Assembly (NCBI GenBank): GCA_020725425.1
Contig: DYFA01000045.1
Span: 4,051-68,050 of the forward strand
Source of the DNA: Aneurinibacillus sp.
Lineage (GTDB): Bacteria; Bacillota; UBA5301; DYFA01
DNA length: 64,000 bases
Direction of reading: 5' to 3'
The notes under the pieces were generated by a model that did no database searches, had not been told where the DNA came from, and saw only the letters and a list, made by a program, of their open reading frames with translations. A program made the translations under genes and the position numbers. Positions 1 through 8,430 of this stretch are shown piece after piece; position 1 is the stretch's first letter, and every line of letters starts with the position of its first letter.

Positions 1-1230
1 CTGGCCGCCTTCCACCAGGCCGGGGAAGGGCTCCCGCCGGTGGAGCGAGGTGAGCGGGTCCGGTACGATCGGTGGCCGACCGTACTGCAGGAGCGCCACG
101 GTGACCTTCAGGTCATGCGCCGGGAGGCGGTCCGCTCCCACGGGGAGTTCGCCCGGCTGTTCGCCGAGTACGTCGACGACTTTCTGGAACAGTCCGACCG
201 AGCGCTGACGGGGCTTCTCGCCGCACCGCTGGAGGAGGTCAAGCGGGAATGCGCCGCCCGCCGCTGTCTGGCCCATCGCCGGTTCACTCCGGGCCGGCTG
301 CGCCGCGTCGGCCAGGAACTTCTGGTGGACGGCTGGGCCCACCTGGCTTTGGACCTGCCGGTGGTGGACGCCGCCCGGTTCGTGATCGCGGGCGCGGGGA
401 GCGACCCGGACCAGGCCTTCGCCTTTCTGGAAGCCTATCACGACGCCCGGCCCATCTCGGAACCGGAGTGGGAGATCCTCCTTGCCTGGCTCCGCTTTCC
501 GCACGACTTCTGGCGCCTTGGACACCTCCACTTCGCCCGCCGCGAGACGCATCGCAGCCGCTTGGCCAGAGTGATCCGCCATGAAGTGGAGCGGGAGGTC
601 TTCGTGGAGACGCTGGCCCTGCAGTGGGCCTCGCAGAAACTCGTCCAGTTGCTTCCGCTGACGAGCGCTGAGGCTTCATCTCCGGAGGAAGCCCCGCTCC
701 CGGCGGAGCAGTTGACCAGCCAAGAAGAGAGGGAGGCGACTCTGGTGACAGAAGCTGAAGAGTTGATCGGCCTGGGGATTCTGGAGGGCGAGGAGCCGGA
801 GGAGGCGGCTGGCGCGCCGTCGGCAGATTGGCCGGCGGAGGAGCCACCGTACTTCGAGGTGCCGTTCGAGGTGATGCCTGTTTCCCTGGAGGTTGACCCG
901 GTGCCCTTCCTGGACGTTCCCCCGGTTGATGAGCCGCCCGGGGAGCCGGAACCGGCGGAGGTGACGGAGGCCGTCGAGGTCGCGGAAGCCGTCGAGGTCG
1001 CGGAAGCGCTTGAGGACGTCGGTATCGAGCTCGGGCCGGTGGAAACGCTGCTCGCCGAGGCGCCGCCGAGTGAAGCCCTCTCCCTGGAGGCCCCCCTGGC
1101 AGATGAGCCGCCCGGGGAGTCGGAACCGGCGGAGGTGATGGAGGTCGCCGAGGTGGCAGAGGCGGTCGAGGTCGCGGGCCGCGTACTCGTCTGGAAACCC
1201 TTCCCTCCGCCCCTGCCGCCCCGCGGTTAG
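1..1230 (+). CDS. CotS-family (aminoglycoside-phosphotransferase fold) spore-coat kinase-like protein, 5' partial, with degenerate catalytic motifs and an acidic Pro/Glu/Ala/Val repeat tail
   Basis: The frame is open from nt 1 (LAAFHQAGEG...), so the GTG at 40 is internal. The C-lobe resembles the three neighbouring CotS paralogs. The HxDxxxxN and DFD positions read AHRRFTPGR and VDGWAH. The last ~190 aa are PE/AEVxE low complexity. Confidence 0.6.
   Translation: MAAFHQAGEGLPPVERGERVRYDRWPTVLQERHGDLQVMRREAVRSHGEFARLFAEYVDDFLEQSDRALTGLLAAPLEEVKRECAARRCLAHRRFTPGRLRRVGQELLVDGWAHLALDLPVVDAARFVIAGAGSDPDQAFAFLEAYHDARPISEPEWEILLAWLRFPHDFWRLGHLHFARRETHRSRLARVIRHEVEREVFVETLALQWASQKLVQLLPLTSAEASSPEEAPLPAEQLTSQEEREATLVTEAEELIGLGILEGEEPEEAAGAPSADWPAEEPPYFEVPFEVMPVSLEVDPVPFLDVPPVDEPPGEPEPAEVTEAVEVAEAVEVAEALEDVGIELGPVETLLAEAPPSEALSLEAPLADEPPGESEPAEVMEVAEVAEAVEVAGRVLVWKPFPPPLPPRG
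928..1180 (+). repeat. In-frame coding repeats: a duplication spaced 174 nt apart (928-970 vs 1102-1144) and an exact 18-nt tandem GCCGTCGAGGTCGCGGAA x2 (970-1005)
   Basis: Direct comparison shows 2 mismatches in 43 nt between the two DEPPGE(P/S)EPAEV segments. The tandem unit encodes AVEVAE twice. Confidence 0.8.
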
Positions 1231-1243
1231 GCGCTGCTTCCGT

Positions 1244-2272
1244 TCACTGACCGGCCGGCAGGGGGCGGGGCAGCCCAACCCCCAGGCGGTCCGCCAGCAT
1301 GGGCAGGAAGCGCTGGACCGGCCCCCAGCTGGCCTCCACCTCCGCCAGCCGGTGCAGCAGGTGGCGGCGGGACTTCCCCTCCCGCGCCCGGTAATAGCGG
1401 TGCGCCACCCGCCAGTACTTCTCCGGGAAGGCCAGGAGGGCCAGGAGCAGCCCCCGCTGGTGTGCGTTCAACGGGCGGACGGCCTCGTAGGCGCCGATCA
1501 TCTGCTCCGCCAGCTCCAGCCTCCACTGGACGTTCTGGTCCACCCGTCGGACGAGCCGCGCCAGGTCCAGCACCGGCAGGTCGACCAAGAGCGTATCGAA
1601 GTCGATCAGGAACGGCTCCCCCCTCCACCAGACGAAGTTCCGCTCAGCCGGATCCCCGTGGCAGAACCCTCCCCGGGCCCGGAAGGCCTCGACCTCTTCG
1701 AAGTAGCCTGACTGCGCCAGAAGGTCGAGCGCCCACTCGGCCAGACCCGTCCACCGCTCCGCCGACGCCAGGAAAGCCTCGGTGAACCGGTCGGGCTTGA
1801 ACTCCAGAGTGCGGTCGGCCTGGAGCGCTCTAAGCTCCCTGACCCGTTCGGAGAGCCTTTCCGGCCATTGTCTCAGGTGTTGCCGGAGACAGCCGTAGTC
1901 GAAGAAGCCCTCCGCCGCCGCGTGGAAGGAGGCCAGGCACCGGGCGGCCGAGGCCGCCATCTCCGGGCGGCTGAGGTCCGGTCGCTTGCCCGGCAGCCAC
2001 TCCGTGAGGTAGTAGCAGGCTTCCCCGTGCTGGCAGAAGGGCCTGCCCTGGCGGGTGAGGAGGAACGGAGTGAGCTGGTGAAAACCGCGGCGGGTCAGGT
2101 GGTCCAGCGCCCGGGCGATCACTTCGACCCGCTCCGGGGGGCCGCTGGCCCGTTTCAGGCAGAACTGGCCCCGGGCTGTGACAACCCGGTAGGCGTCCCG
2201 AACGGCTTCAATCCGCTCCACCCGCAGATCCCAGGCCAGGAAGACTGCAGGGTCAGGCCAGTGGATGGCCAT
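1244..2272 (-). CDS. CotS-family spore coat protein (kinase-like)
   Basis: 342 aa. Motifs are CHGDPAERNF ... LIDFDTLLVDLPVLDLARL (HxDxxxxN plus DFD). GAGGGAGGAGGAG lies just upstream of ATG 2272. Confidence 0.85.
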   Translation of the reverse strand: MAIHWPDPAVFLAWDLRVERIEAVRDAYRVVTARGQFCLKRASGPPERVEVIARALDHLTRRGFHQLTPFLLTRQGRPFCQHGEACYYLTEWLPGKRPDLSRPEMAASAARCLASFHAAAEGFFDYGCLRQHLRQWPERLSERVRELRALQADRTLEFKPDRFTEAFLASAERWTGLAEWALDLLAQSGYFEEVEAFRARGGFCHGDPAERNFVWWRGEPFLIDFDTLLVDLPVLDLARLVRRVDQNVQWRLELAEQMIGAYEAVRPLNAHQRGLLLALLAFPEKYWRVAHRYYRAREGKSRRHLLHRLAEVEASWGPVQRFLPMLADRLGVGLPRPLPAGQ

Positions 2273-2291
2273 CTTCTCCTCCTCCCTCTCG

Positions 2292-3308
2292 CTACCGTTC
2301 CCCGAGTTCCGCCCGGAGTCCGGCCAGGTACTCCTCGCGGAGCTCCGCCTCCTCCGCCCGCTTGGCCAGAGCGTCGAGCCACCGCTCCTCCGGCCAGAGC
2401 AGCCGTTCGGTGTAGCGTTGCCACCCGAGGAGCCAGTACCGATGCGGCCAGATCAAGAGGGCGAGGAGCAGACGGCGTTCCCCCCGCTGAAGCGGGCGAA
2501 CCCTCTCATAGAACCGGAGCGCCGACTGCGCCGGCGCCGCCTCCCAGTCCTCCGCCTGGGCCTGGCGCTGGAGAAAGTTGGCCAGGTCGTGGGCGGGAAA
2601 GTCGTACAGGCAGTAGTCGAAGTCGATGAGCCGCACTCCGCCGCCACTCAAAAGGAAGTTCCGCTCGGAGAGGTCGTGGTGGCAGATGACCGGCCGGCGC
2701 CTTCCCGCGGCGGACAGAAAGGGATACGCCGAGCTTTCCAGGAGCTTCAGAGCCTTTCTGGCCTGTTCGAAGTGGTACGGCCAAAGGGCGAGGTAGGCTC
2801 GGTCGACTCGTCCGCCGGCGGCGCGGGCGGCCTCCCGGAAGACCTGCAGTTGGACGGCCCGGCGCCCGAACCTCTCCGGCCAGCGCCCCCACTCTACCCG
2901 GAGGTGACCGGCCGGCGGGGGTCGGAACCCCTCTCCCCGCAGGTGAAGGTAGGCCACCGCCTCGACCGCCAACACCAAGTCCGCCGGGTCGGGGAAGTGA
3001 GCCTCCCGCCCGTCCACCCAGTCGGTCAGGAGAAAGGCGTAACCCTGCCGCTCGACCCAGGGGCGGCCGCGACAGTCCAGCTCGAGCTGGGGCGCCGGTT
3101 CACCCCGGCGGCGCAGGTAATCCAGGGCTGCAGCCACGAAGGTCAGCTCGGGGGCGGTGAGGGTGGTGCACTTGAGGAAACGCGGGCCGTCCACCGTGTC
3201 CACCCGCCAGGCCCGCCGCACCGGCGTGAAAGAGACCGGCTGCAGGCCGAACTCCCCCACGACCGCGGACAGCTCCCGAGTGGTCCACTCGCTGACCCGC
3301 CGCACCAC
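2292..3308 (-). CDS. CotS-family spore coat protein (kinase-like)
   Basis: 338 aa. Motifs are CHHDLSERNFLL ... LIDFDYCLYDFPAHDLANFL. GGAGGG lies 9 nt upstream of GTG 3308. Confidence 0.85.
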   Translation of the reverse strand: MVRRVSEWTTRELSAVVGEFGLQPVSFTPVRRAWRVDTVDGPRFLKCTTLTAPELTFVAAALDYLRRRGEPAPQLELDCRGRPWVERQGYAFLLTDWVDGREAHFPDPADLVLAVEAVAYLHLRGEGFRPPPAGHLRVEWGRWPERFGRRAVQLQVFREAARAAGGRVDRAYLALWPYHFEQARKALKLLESSAYPFLSAAGRRRPVICHHDLSERNFLLSGGGVRLIDFDYCLYDFPAHDLANFLQRQAQAEDWEAAPAQSALRFYERVRPLQRGERRLLLALLIWPHRYWLLGWQRYTERLLWPEERWLDALAKRAEEAELREEYLAGLRAELGER

Positions 3309-3405
3309 TACGCCTCATCCCTCCGGACCATTGTATGACGGGCGCAAGGCACGTGCTCGAACCATATAATGCGCTAGGCATCGGCCCGAAGGGGGTGAGC
3401 CGGCA

Positions 3406-3579
3406 GTGGATCCCAACATGCTCCGCCAGGCGGTGATCGTGATCGTCGGCTTGGTGACTGCAGCCCTGCTGATCAAGGCGCTGTTCTTCCCGAGCCCACT
3501 GGACATCCTGGCACTCTTTGCCTTGATCCTGGCGCTTTTCGCCCTCTTCGACTTCGACATCTTCGGACGACGAAAGTAG
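3406..3579 (+). CDS. Small hydrophobic membrane protein (57 aa; 53 aa if ATG 3418 is used), below the ORF-track cutoff
   Basis: Translation is VDPNMLRQAVIVIVGLVTAALLIKALFFPSPLDILALFALILALFALFDFDIFGRRK. GGGGGTGA (3391-3398) lies 7 nt before GTG 3406. The stop is 15 nt before the GT4 gene. A TATAAT sits at 3365-3370. Confidence 0.5.
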   Translation: MDPNMLRQAVIVIVGLVTAALLIKALFFPSPLDILALFALILALFALFDFDIFGRRK

Positions 3580-3594
3580 TGTGGAGGCTGGAGC

Positions 3595-4758
3595 ATGAAG
3601 ATCGGTATCGACGCCCGGGCGGCGGCGCGCTACCGCGGCACGGGCCTGGGTACCTACACCCATCGCCTGATTTGGGCTCTGAGCGAGCTGGACCGGTACA
3701 ACGAGTACACGGCCTTTGCCCCGGCGGCCGCGCCCGCCGGACCGGCGGGGAGCGGGGGCGAAACCCCGCCGGCCTGGGCCCCCGACCTGCCGCTGACCGC
3801 CAACTTTACCGTCTTCCCCTTTCCGGCCCACCCGGATCGGGGGGAGGAGGATTCGACCATCAGCCGGGAGCTGGCTTCCGGTGCCTTTACCCTGCACCAC
3901 GTGCCCCATAACGGACTGGGTTTCCCTCCGGATCCGCCCTGTCCGGTGGTGACCACGGTGCACGACCTCATCCCCTACGTTCTGCCCCAGACCTGTACCC
4001 GGCGGTACCTCGACCGCTTCCTGGCCCGGATGCCCGAGATCTGCGCCCGCTCGGCCCTGATCCTCACCGTGTCCCGCCACACCCTCCAGGACCTCTACCG
4101 CATTCTCGGGGTCCCCGAGACGAAGATCGTGGTCACGTACGAAGCGCCGGAGCCGTGTTACCGCCCTCTGCCCTTCGCCGAGGCGAACGCCCGCGCTGCT
4201 GAAAAGTACGGGCTCAGGGGTCCGTTCTTTCTCTACGTGGGCGGGTTCAGCCCGCGCAAGAACCTGCCGGCTCTGCTCTCGGCCTACGCCGCCGTCCGGA
4301 ACGACCTCCCCGACCGGCCGCCCCTCGTTCTGGCCGGCAGCCTCGACCCGGCCGGGCAGCGCCTGGTGGACCGGGCGAAGGACCTGGGTCTCACCGGCGA
4401 GGTGCTTTTCCCCGGCTTCGTACCCCTCGCTGATCTGCCCTACCTCTACCGGGCAGCGCGCCTCTTCGTCTACCCCTCGCTCTACGAGGGATTCGGGTTG
4501 CCACCCCTGGAGGCCATGGCCTGCGGCACCCCGGTGATCTCAAGCCGCGAGTCCTCTCTGCCGGAGGTGGTTGGCGACGCGGGGTTCCTGATCGACCCGT
4601 ACGACCCGGACTCGCTGGCGACAGCCCTGCTCAAGCTGGGAAGCAACCCGGAGGCCCGGGAGGCGCTCCGCCACCGGGGGCTGCGCCGGGCCAAGGCCTT
4701 CTCCTGGCGCCGGACCGCCGCCGAGACGCTCCTCGCGTACGAGGCGGTGGCCGGATGA
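3595..4758 (+). CDS. Glycosyltransferase family 4 (group 1), cotSA-like by context
   Basis: 387 aa. It carries the GT4 C-terminal signature YPSLYEGFGLPPLEAMACGTPVISS. Its stop overlaps the next ATG (ATGA at 4755). Confidence 0.9.
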   Translation: MKIGIDARAAARYRGTGLGTYTHRLIWALSELDRYNEYTAFAPAAAPAGPAGSGGETPPAWAPDLPLTANFTVFPFPAHPDRGEEDSTISRELASGAFTLHHVPHNGLGFPPDPPCPVVTTVHDLIPYVLPQTCTRRYLDRFLARMPEICARSALILTVSRHTLQDLYRILGVPETKIVVTYEAPEPCYRPLPFAEANARAAEKYGLRGPFFLYVGGFSPRKNLPALLSAYAAVRNDLPDRPPLVLAGSLDPAGQRLVDRAKDLGLTGEVLFPGFVPLADLPYLYRAARLFVYPSLYEGFGLPPLEAMACGTPVISSRESSLPEVVGDAGFLIDPYDPDSLATALLKLGSNPEAREALRHRGLRRAKAFSWRRTAAETLLAYEAVAG

Positions 4759-5771
4759 GCGGTCCGCGGCGGCCCAAGGATCCCGGAGCGCCCTGGGGTC
4801 TGCCGGCTGGGGAGCTGACCCCGGTCCGCGGCGCCTACCTCCTGCAGTGCGGGAATGAGCGCTACTGCCTGAAGCCCGTCACGCTGAACCGCCGCGAGGT
4901 GCAGTTCGTGGCGGCCGTCCTGGAGCACCTCGGGCGGGCCGGCCTGGCCGGCGTTCCCCGTCTTCTCCCCACGCTGGGTGGTGAGCCGGTCGGGCGGATG
5001 GGACGCCAGCGGTTCCAGTTGCTCCAGTGGCAGGACGGGCGGGAAGCGGACTACCTTCGTCCCGGCGACGCCGAGGCCGCGGCGGTGGCGCTGGCCCGCC
5101 TCCACCTGGCGGGCCGGGGCTTTGTCCCGCCGTTCCCGCGCTTCCGGGTGCTCTTCGGCGCCTGGCCTCGGCGGTGGCGGCGCAAGCGGGCGGAGCTGGC
5201 GCGCTTCGCTGAGTTGGCCAAGAGTTCCGCCCGGCCCACCGCCTTCGACCGGGAGTACGCCCGTTTCGCGCCCCACTGGCTCGCCGAGGCTGACGAGGCC
5301 CTGGCGGAGCTGGACGCCTCCCCGTACCGGGCCCTCTCGGCCGCCGCCCGCCGCTTGGGGAGTCTCTGCCACCACGACCTGGCTCACCACAACGTTCTGC
5401 TCACCGCGGACGGGCCGGCGCTGGTCGACTTCGACTACGCCCTGGCCGACCTCGGGGTGCACGACCTGGCCAACCTGCTCCGGCGCCTGCTCCGCCTGGG
5501 TGGGTGGGATCCTGCCCCCGGCCGCTCGGTCCTTTTGGCCTACCGGGAGGCGGCCGGGTCCGGCCCGGCGGAGATGTCGCTCCTCCTGCCGCTCCTCCGC
5601 TTCCCCGAGGAGGCGTGGCAGACCGGCCGCCAGTACTACGTCGAGAACCTGCCCTGGCCGGAAGAACGGTACCTCGAGCAGCTGGCCCGCAAACACGACA
5701 CTGCCCCGGCCCGCCGGGCCTGCCTCGCCGAGCTGTCTGTGACGGCCAGCCGCAAGAAAAGGGGGGCGTGA
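4755..5771 (+). CDS. CotS-family spore coat protein (kinase-like)
   Basis: 338 aa. Motifs are CHHDLAHHNVLL ... LVDFDYALADLGVHDLANLL. Confidence 0.85.
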   Translation: MSGPRRPKDPGAPWGLPAGELTPVRGAYLLQCGNERYCLKPVTLNRREVQFVAAVLEHLGRAGLAGVPRLLPTLGGEPVGRMGRQRFQLLQWQDGREADYLRPGDAEAAAVALARLHLAGRGFVPPFPRFRVLFGAWPRRWRRKRAELARFAELAKSSARPTAFDREYARFAPHWLAEADEALAELDASPYRALSAAARRLGSLCHHDLAHHNVLLTADGPALVDFDYALADLGVHDLANLLRRLLRLGGWDPAPGRSVLLAYREAAGSGPAEMSLLLPLLRFPEEAWQTGRQYYVENLPWPEERYLEQLARKHDTAPARRACLAELSVTASRKKRGA

Positions 5772-5774
5772 CGC

Positions 5775-6737
5775 TTGTCGGACCGGTTCTATCTGGGCGA
5801 TCCGCACGTCCACTCCACCCTCTCCGACGGGCGCCTCTCCCCCGCCGAACTGGTGCTGGTCGCAGCCGCCCGGGGGCTCGACTTTCTGGCCCTGACCGAC
5901 CACTCCCGGCCGGTGGGGAGCCGGGAGGAGGCGCCGCTTCATCCGGACTCGGAAGCGGGCGGGGAGCGCTCGGCGATGTGCCTTCTCCCCGGCCAAGAGG
6001 TCTCGATCGGCGGGCGGATCCACTTCCTGCTGCTCGGCTGCGTCCAGCCGCTCTCCCGGGCCCGGTTCCGCCTGGAGCGCCTGAAGGAGCTGGCGGGGGC
6101 GGTCCACACCGCCGGAGGGGCGGTGATCCTGGCCCACCCCTGGACAGCGCTTGCCGGGTCCCCTGACCGGGTGCACCTTTTGGACCGGGGATTCGCCGAG
6201 GGATGGATCGACGGCCTGGAGGTCTTCTCCGCGGCGCTCCGCCCGTCCCAATTCGATCTCTGGCAGCGGACGTTCGAGCACTACCTGCGGGAATGGGCGC
6301 CCCACCGGCCGGCCACGCTCGCTTCCTCCGACTGGCACCACCGGCGCCACGGCCGTGCCCTGGGCCTCTGTTGCACCTACGTTCAGGCGCCCGCCCCGAC
6401 TCCCGCCGCCATCCTGGGGGGTATCCGGGCGCGCCGGACAGTGGCGGTCCTCCAGCGGGCCACCGCGCTGGAAGACGGCCTGTACCCCCACCTGTTGCCG
6501 TTCCCAGACCGCTATCGGGCGGGGATCGCCTGGTGGGGCGGCAACCTGTGCGGACCGGAAGAGCTGGTCGAGGCGCTGCTGACCCTGCGGGGTGAGGCGG
6601 GAGACCGTCTCCGGTCCGGCGCGCCGGCCGGGAGGCGCAACGACCACCGGGGTGAACTGTGGCGGGCGGCGCTCAGCGCCTACGCCGCCGGCAACCACCG
6701 GCGAGCGCTGGCTCTGCTCAACCAGACCGAGGGGTGA
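5775..6737 (+). CDS. PHP-domain metal-dependent phosphoesterase
   Basis: 320 aa. Motifs are GDPHVHSTLSDG ... LALTDH. The TTG start is preceded by AAAGGGGGG at 8 nt. Confidence 0.8.
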   Translation: MSDRFYLGDPHVHSTLSDGRLSPAELVLVAAARGLDFLALTDHSRPVGSREEAPLHPDSEAGGERSAMCLLPGQEVSIGGRIHFLLLGCVQPLSRARFRLERLKELAGAVHTAGGAVILAHPWTALAGSPDRVHLLDRGFAEGWIDGLEVFSAALRPSQFDLWQRTFEHYLREWAPHRPATLASSDWHHRRHGRALGLCCTYVQAPAPTPAAILGGIRARRTVAVLQRATALEDGLYPHLLPFPDRYRAGIAWWGGNLCGPEELVEALLTLRGEAGDRLRSGAPAGRRNDHRGELWRAALSAYAAGNHRRALALLNQTEG

Positions 6738-6742
6738 GAGAC

Positions 6743-8257
6743 ATGGCGGTCCGGCTGGGAACCGAAGGCTGGCGGGGGGTCATCGGCGACGACTTCACCC
6801 TGCCGAATGCCCGGGCCTTCGCCCGGGGAGTGGCCCGGTGGCTGTGGGAACGGGACCAGGCTGGCCGCGGCGTGGTCGTGGGGTACGATACGCGTTTCCT
6901 CTCCGACCGCGTGGCGGTGGAGGTCGCCGGGATCCTGACCCGAGCCGGGATTCCCGTGCGGCTTTGCTCCCATCCCGTGCCGACCCCGGTCCTGTCTTTC
7001 GCCGTGCGGGACCTGGGTGCCGCCGCCGGGCTTATGGTCACGGCCAGCCACAACCCCCCCGAGTACAACGGGATCAAGGTGAAAGGGCCCCACGGCGGCC
7101 CGCTCTTCGGCCCCGAACTGGCGACTCTCGAAGCGGCCCTGGCCCGGCGCCGGCCGCTCCCCGCTTCCCCCCGCCTCCGTCCTGAGCCGTATGATCCGGA
7201 CCCGGCGTATCTCACCCACCTGGGCGGGCTCGTCCCGCTGCCGCTGCTCGCCCGGGCCGGCTTCGGAATCGTGATCGACCCCATGCACGGGGCCGCCCGG
7301 AACTACCTGCGGCGCCTGCTCCGCCCCTACGGCCTGCGGGTCCGCCAGATCCGCTCCTCTGCCGACCCCCGCTTCGGGGGGGTCAGCCCGGAGCCGGTCG
7401 CGGCCAACCTCGCCCCCCTGAAGCGGGCAGTCCGGTCCTGCGGGGCGGCGGTGGGGCTCGCCACCGACGGCGACGGCGACCGGCTCGGGGTGATCGACGC
7501 CGGCGGGCGTTTCGTCAGCCCGCAGCTGGTCTACGCCCTCCTCCTCGACTATCTGGCCCGGGAGCGCAACCTGCGCGGCGGAGTGGTGAAAACGGTCTCC
7601 ACCACCGGCATGATCGACCGGCTGGCGGACCGCTACGGCCTCACCCTGTACCAGACGCCGGTGGGCTTCAAGCACATCTCCCGCCTCTTCATGGACGGGA
7701 AGGCGGTCATCGGGGGAGAGGAGAGCGGGGGCGTCGGCCTCAGCCCCCATCTGCCCGAACGGGACGGCCTCCTCGCCGGCCTGCTGCTGCTCGAAGCGCT
7801 GGTTGTCCGGGGCCAACCCCTCTCCGCCCTCCTGGAGGAGTTGGAGCAGGTCACCGGGCCGCACCACTACTGCCGCCGGGACGTCCGTCTTCCCGCCGGC
7901 CAGGCTCGCCTCGCCTCCCGCGCCCTGGCCCGCCTGGCAGCGACGCCGGAGGCGCTCCCCCCGTCGCTCGCCGGGCGGCCGGTGCGCGGCGTCGAGACGC
8001 TCGACGGGCTGAAGCTGCACTTCGCGAATGGAGGCTGGGTGCTCTTCCGTTCCTCCGGCACCGAACCAGTGATCCGCCTGTACGCCGAGGCGCCCTCGGC
8101 CGGGGAGGTGAACCGCCTTCTGGAGGCGGGGGAGGAGCTGCTCTTGGGACGACCCGGCGCACGCCGGGCCGGAGGCACATATCATGGAACGCCCGAAAGG
8201 AGAGGAGCGCCATGTCCCTCGTCGTCTGGATCGTCCTCCTGGTCGTCCTCGTGCTGA
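6743..8257 (+). CDS. Phosphoglucomutase/phosphomannomutase (alpha-D-phosphohexomutase)
   Basis: Active-site loop TASHNPPEYNGIK and metal loop ATDGDGDR are present. I set the start at ATG 6743 (MAVRLGTEGWRG), preceded by GAGGGGTGAG. The track start at 6659 overlaps the PHP gene. Confidence 0.9.
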   Translation: MAVRLGTEGWRGVIGDDFTLPNARAFARGVARWLWERDQAGRGVVVGYDTRFLSDRVAVEVAGILTRAGIPVRLCSHPVPTPVLSFAVRDLGAAAGLMVTASHNPPEYNGIKVKGPHGGPLFGPELATLEAALARRRPLPASPRLRPEPYDPDPAYLTHLGGLVPLPLLARAGFGIVIDPMHGAARNYLRRLLRPYGLRVRQIRSSADPRFGGVSPEPVAANLAPLKRAVRSCGAAVGLATDGDGDRLGVIDAGGRFVSPQLVYALLLDYLARERNLRGGVVKTVSTTGMIDRLADRYGLTLYQTPVGFKHISRLFMDGKAVIGGEESGGVGLSPHLPERDGLLAGLLLLEALVVRGQPLSALLEELEQVTGPHHYCRRDVRLPAGQARLASRALARLAATPEALPPSLAGRPVRGVETLDGLKLHFANGGWVLFRSSGTEPVIRLYAEAPSAGEVNRLLEAGEELLLGRPGARRAGGTYHGTPERRGAPCPSSSGSSSWSSSC

Positions 8258-8430
8258 TCTTCCTGTACCTGTGGGTCTGGCGGAACACGCCGGAGTATGC
8301 CGTACTCGCCCCGCGGCCGAAGGCCGGGGAAACAGTCCCCCCGGAAGTCCCGGAGCCGCCTGCGCCAAGCGAAGCGGAGGTCTCGGAGGCCACCGGTGAT
8401 CAGCCTGGAGGAAGCGGCGGGAGCCGATGA
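8212..8430 (+). CDS. Small single-pass membrane protein with a Pro/Glu-rich tail (72 aa)
   Basis: Begins MSLVVWIVLLVVLVLIFLYLWVW... GGAGAGGAG lies upstream of ATG 8212. Its stop overlaps the ATG of the next gene (ATGA at 8427). Confidence 0.55.
   Translation: MSLVVWIVLLVVLVLIFLYLWVWRNTPEYAVLAPRPKAGETVPPEVPEPPAPSEAEVSEATGDQPGGSGGSR

Noticed and set aside
928-1180. Short tandem and spaced repeats that might suggest a CRISPR-like or VNTR element.
   Set aside because: They are in frame inside an ORF and encode acidic peptide repeats. There is no repeat-spacer periodicity and no cas genes.
3330-3337. CATACAAT (sigma-E/K-like -10) on the minus strand upstream of the CotS gene at 3308.
   Set aside because: It lies only ~6 nt from the SD (3319-3324), so a transcript starting downstream of it would lack the ribosome-binding site. 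No properly spaced -35 element is present.
4482-6698. 738-aa minus-strand ORF; similar long ORFs at 6680-8515, 9955-11388, 25896-27608, 34847-36064, 46853-48085 and 55457-57676.
   Set aside because: They lie antisense or out of frame to genes with clear family signatures. Their translations are Arg/Pro/Gly-rich with no motifs. These are typical shadow ORFs of high-GC DNA.
6659-6742. N-terminal extensions of phosphoglucomutase (6659), the GT4 glucan gene (18552), the GH57 gene (19450) and the SBP2/TrkA/DUF1537 ORFs as given in the track.
   Set aside because: The extensions overlap upstream genes or are Arg/Gly-rich. Internal starts with proper SD spacing coincide with the onset of family homology.
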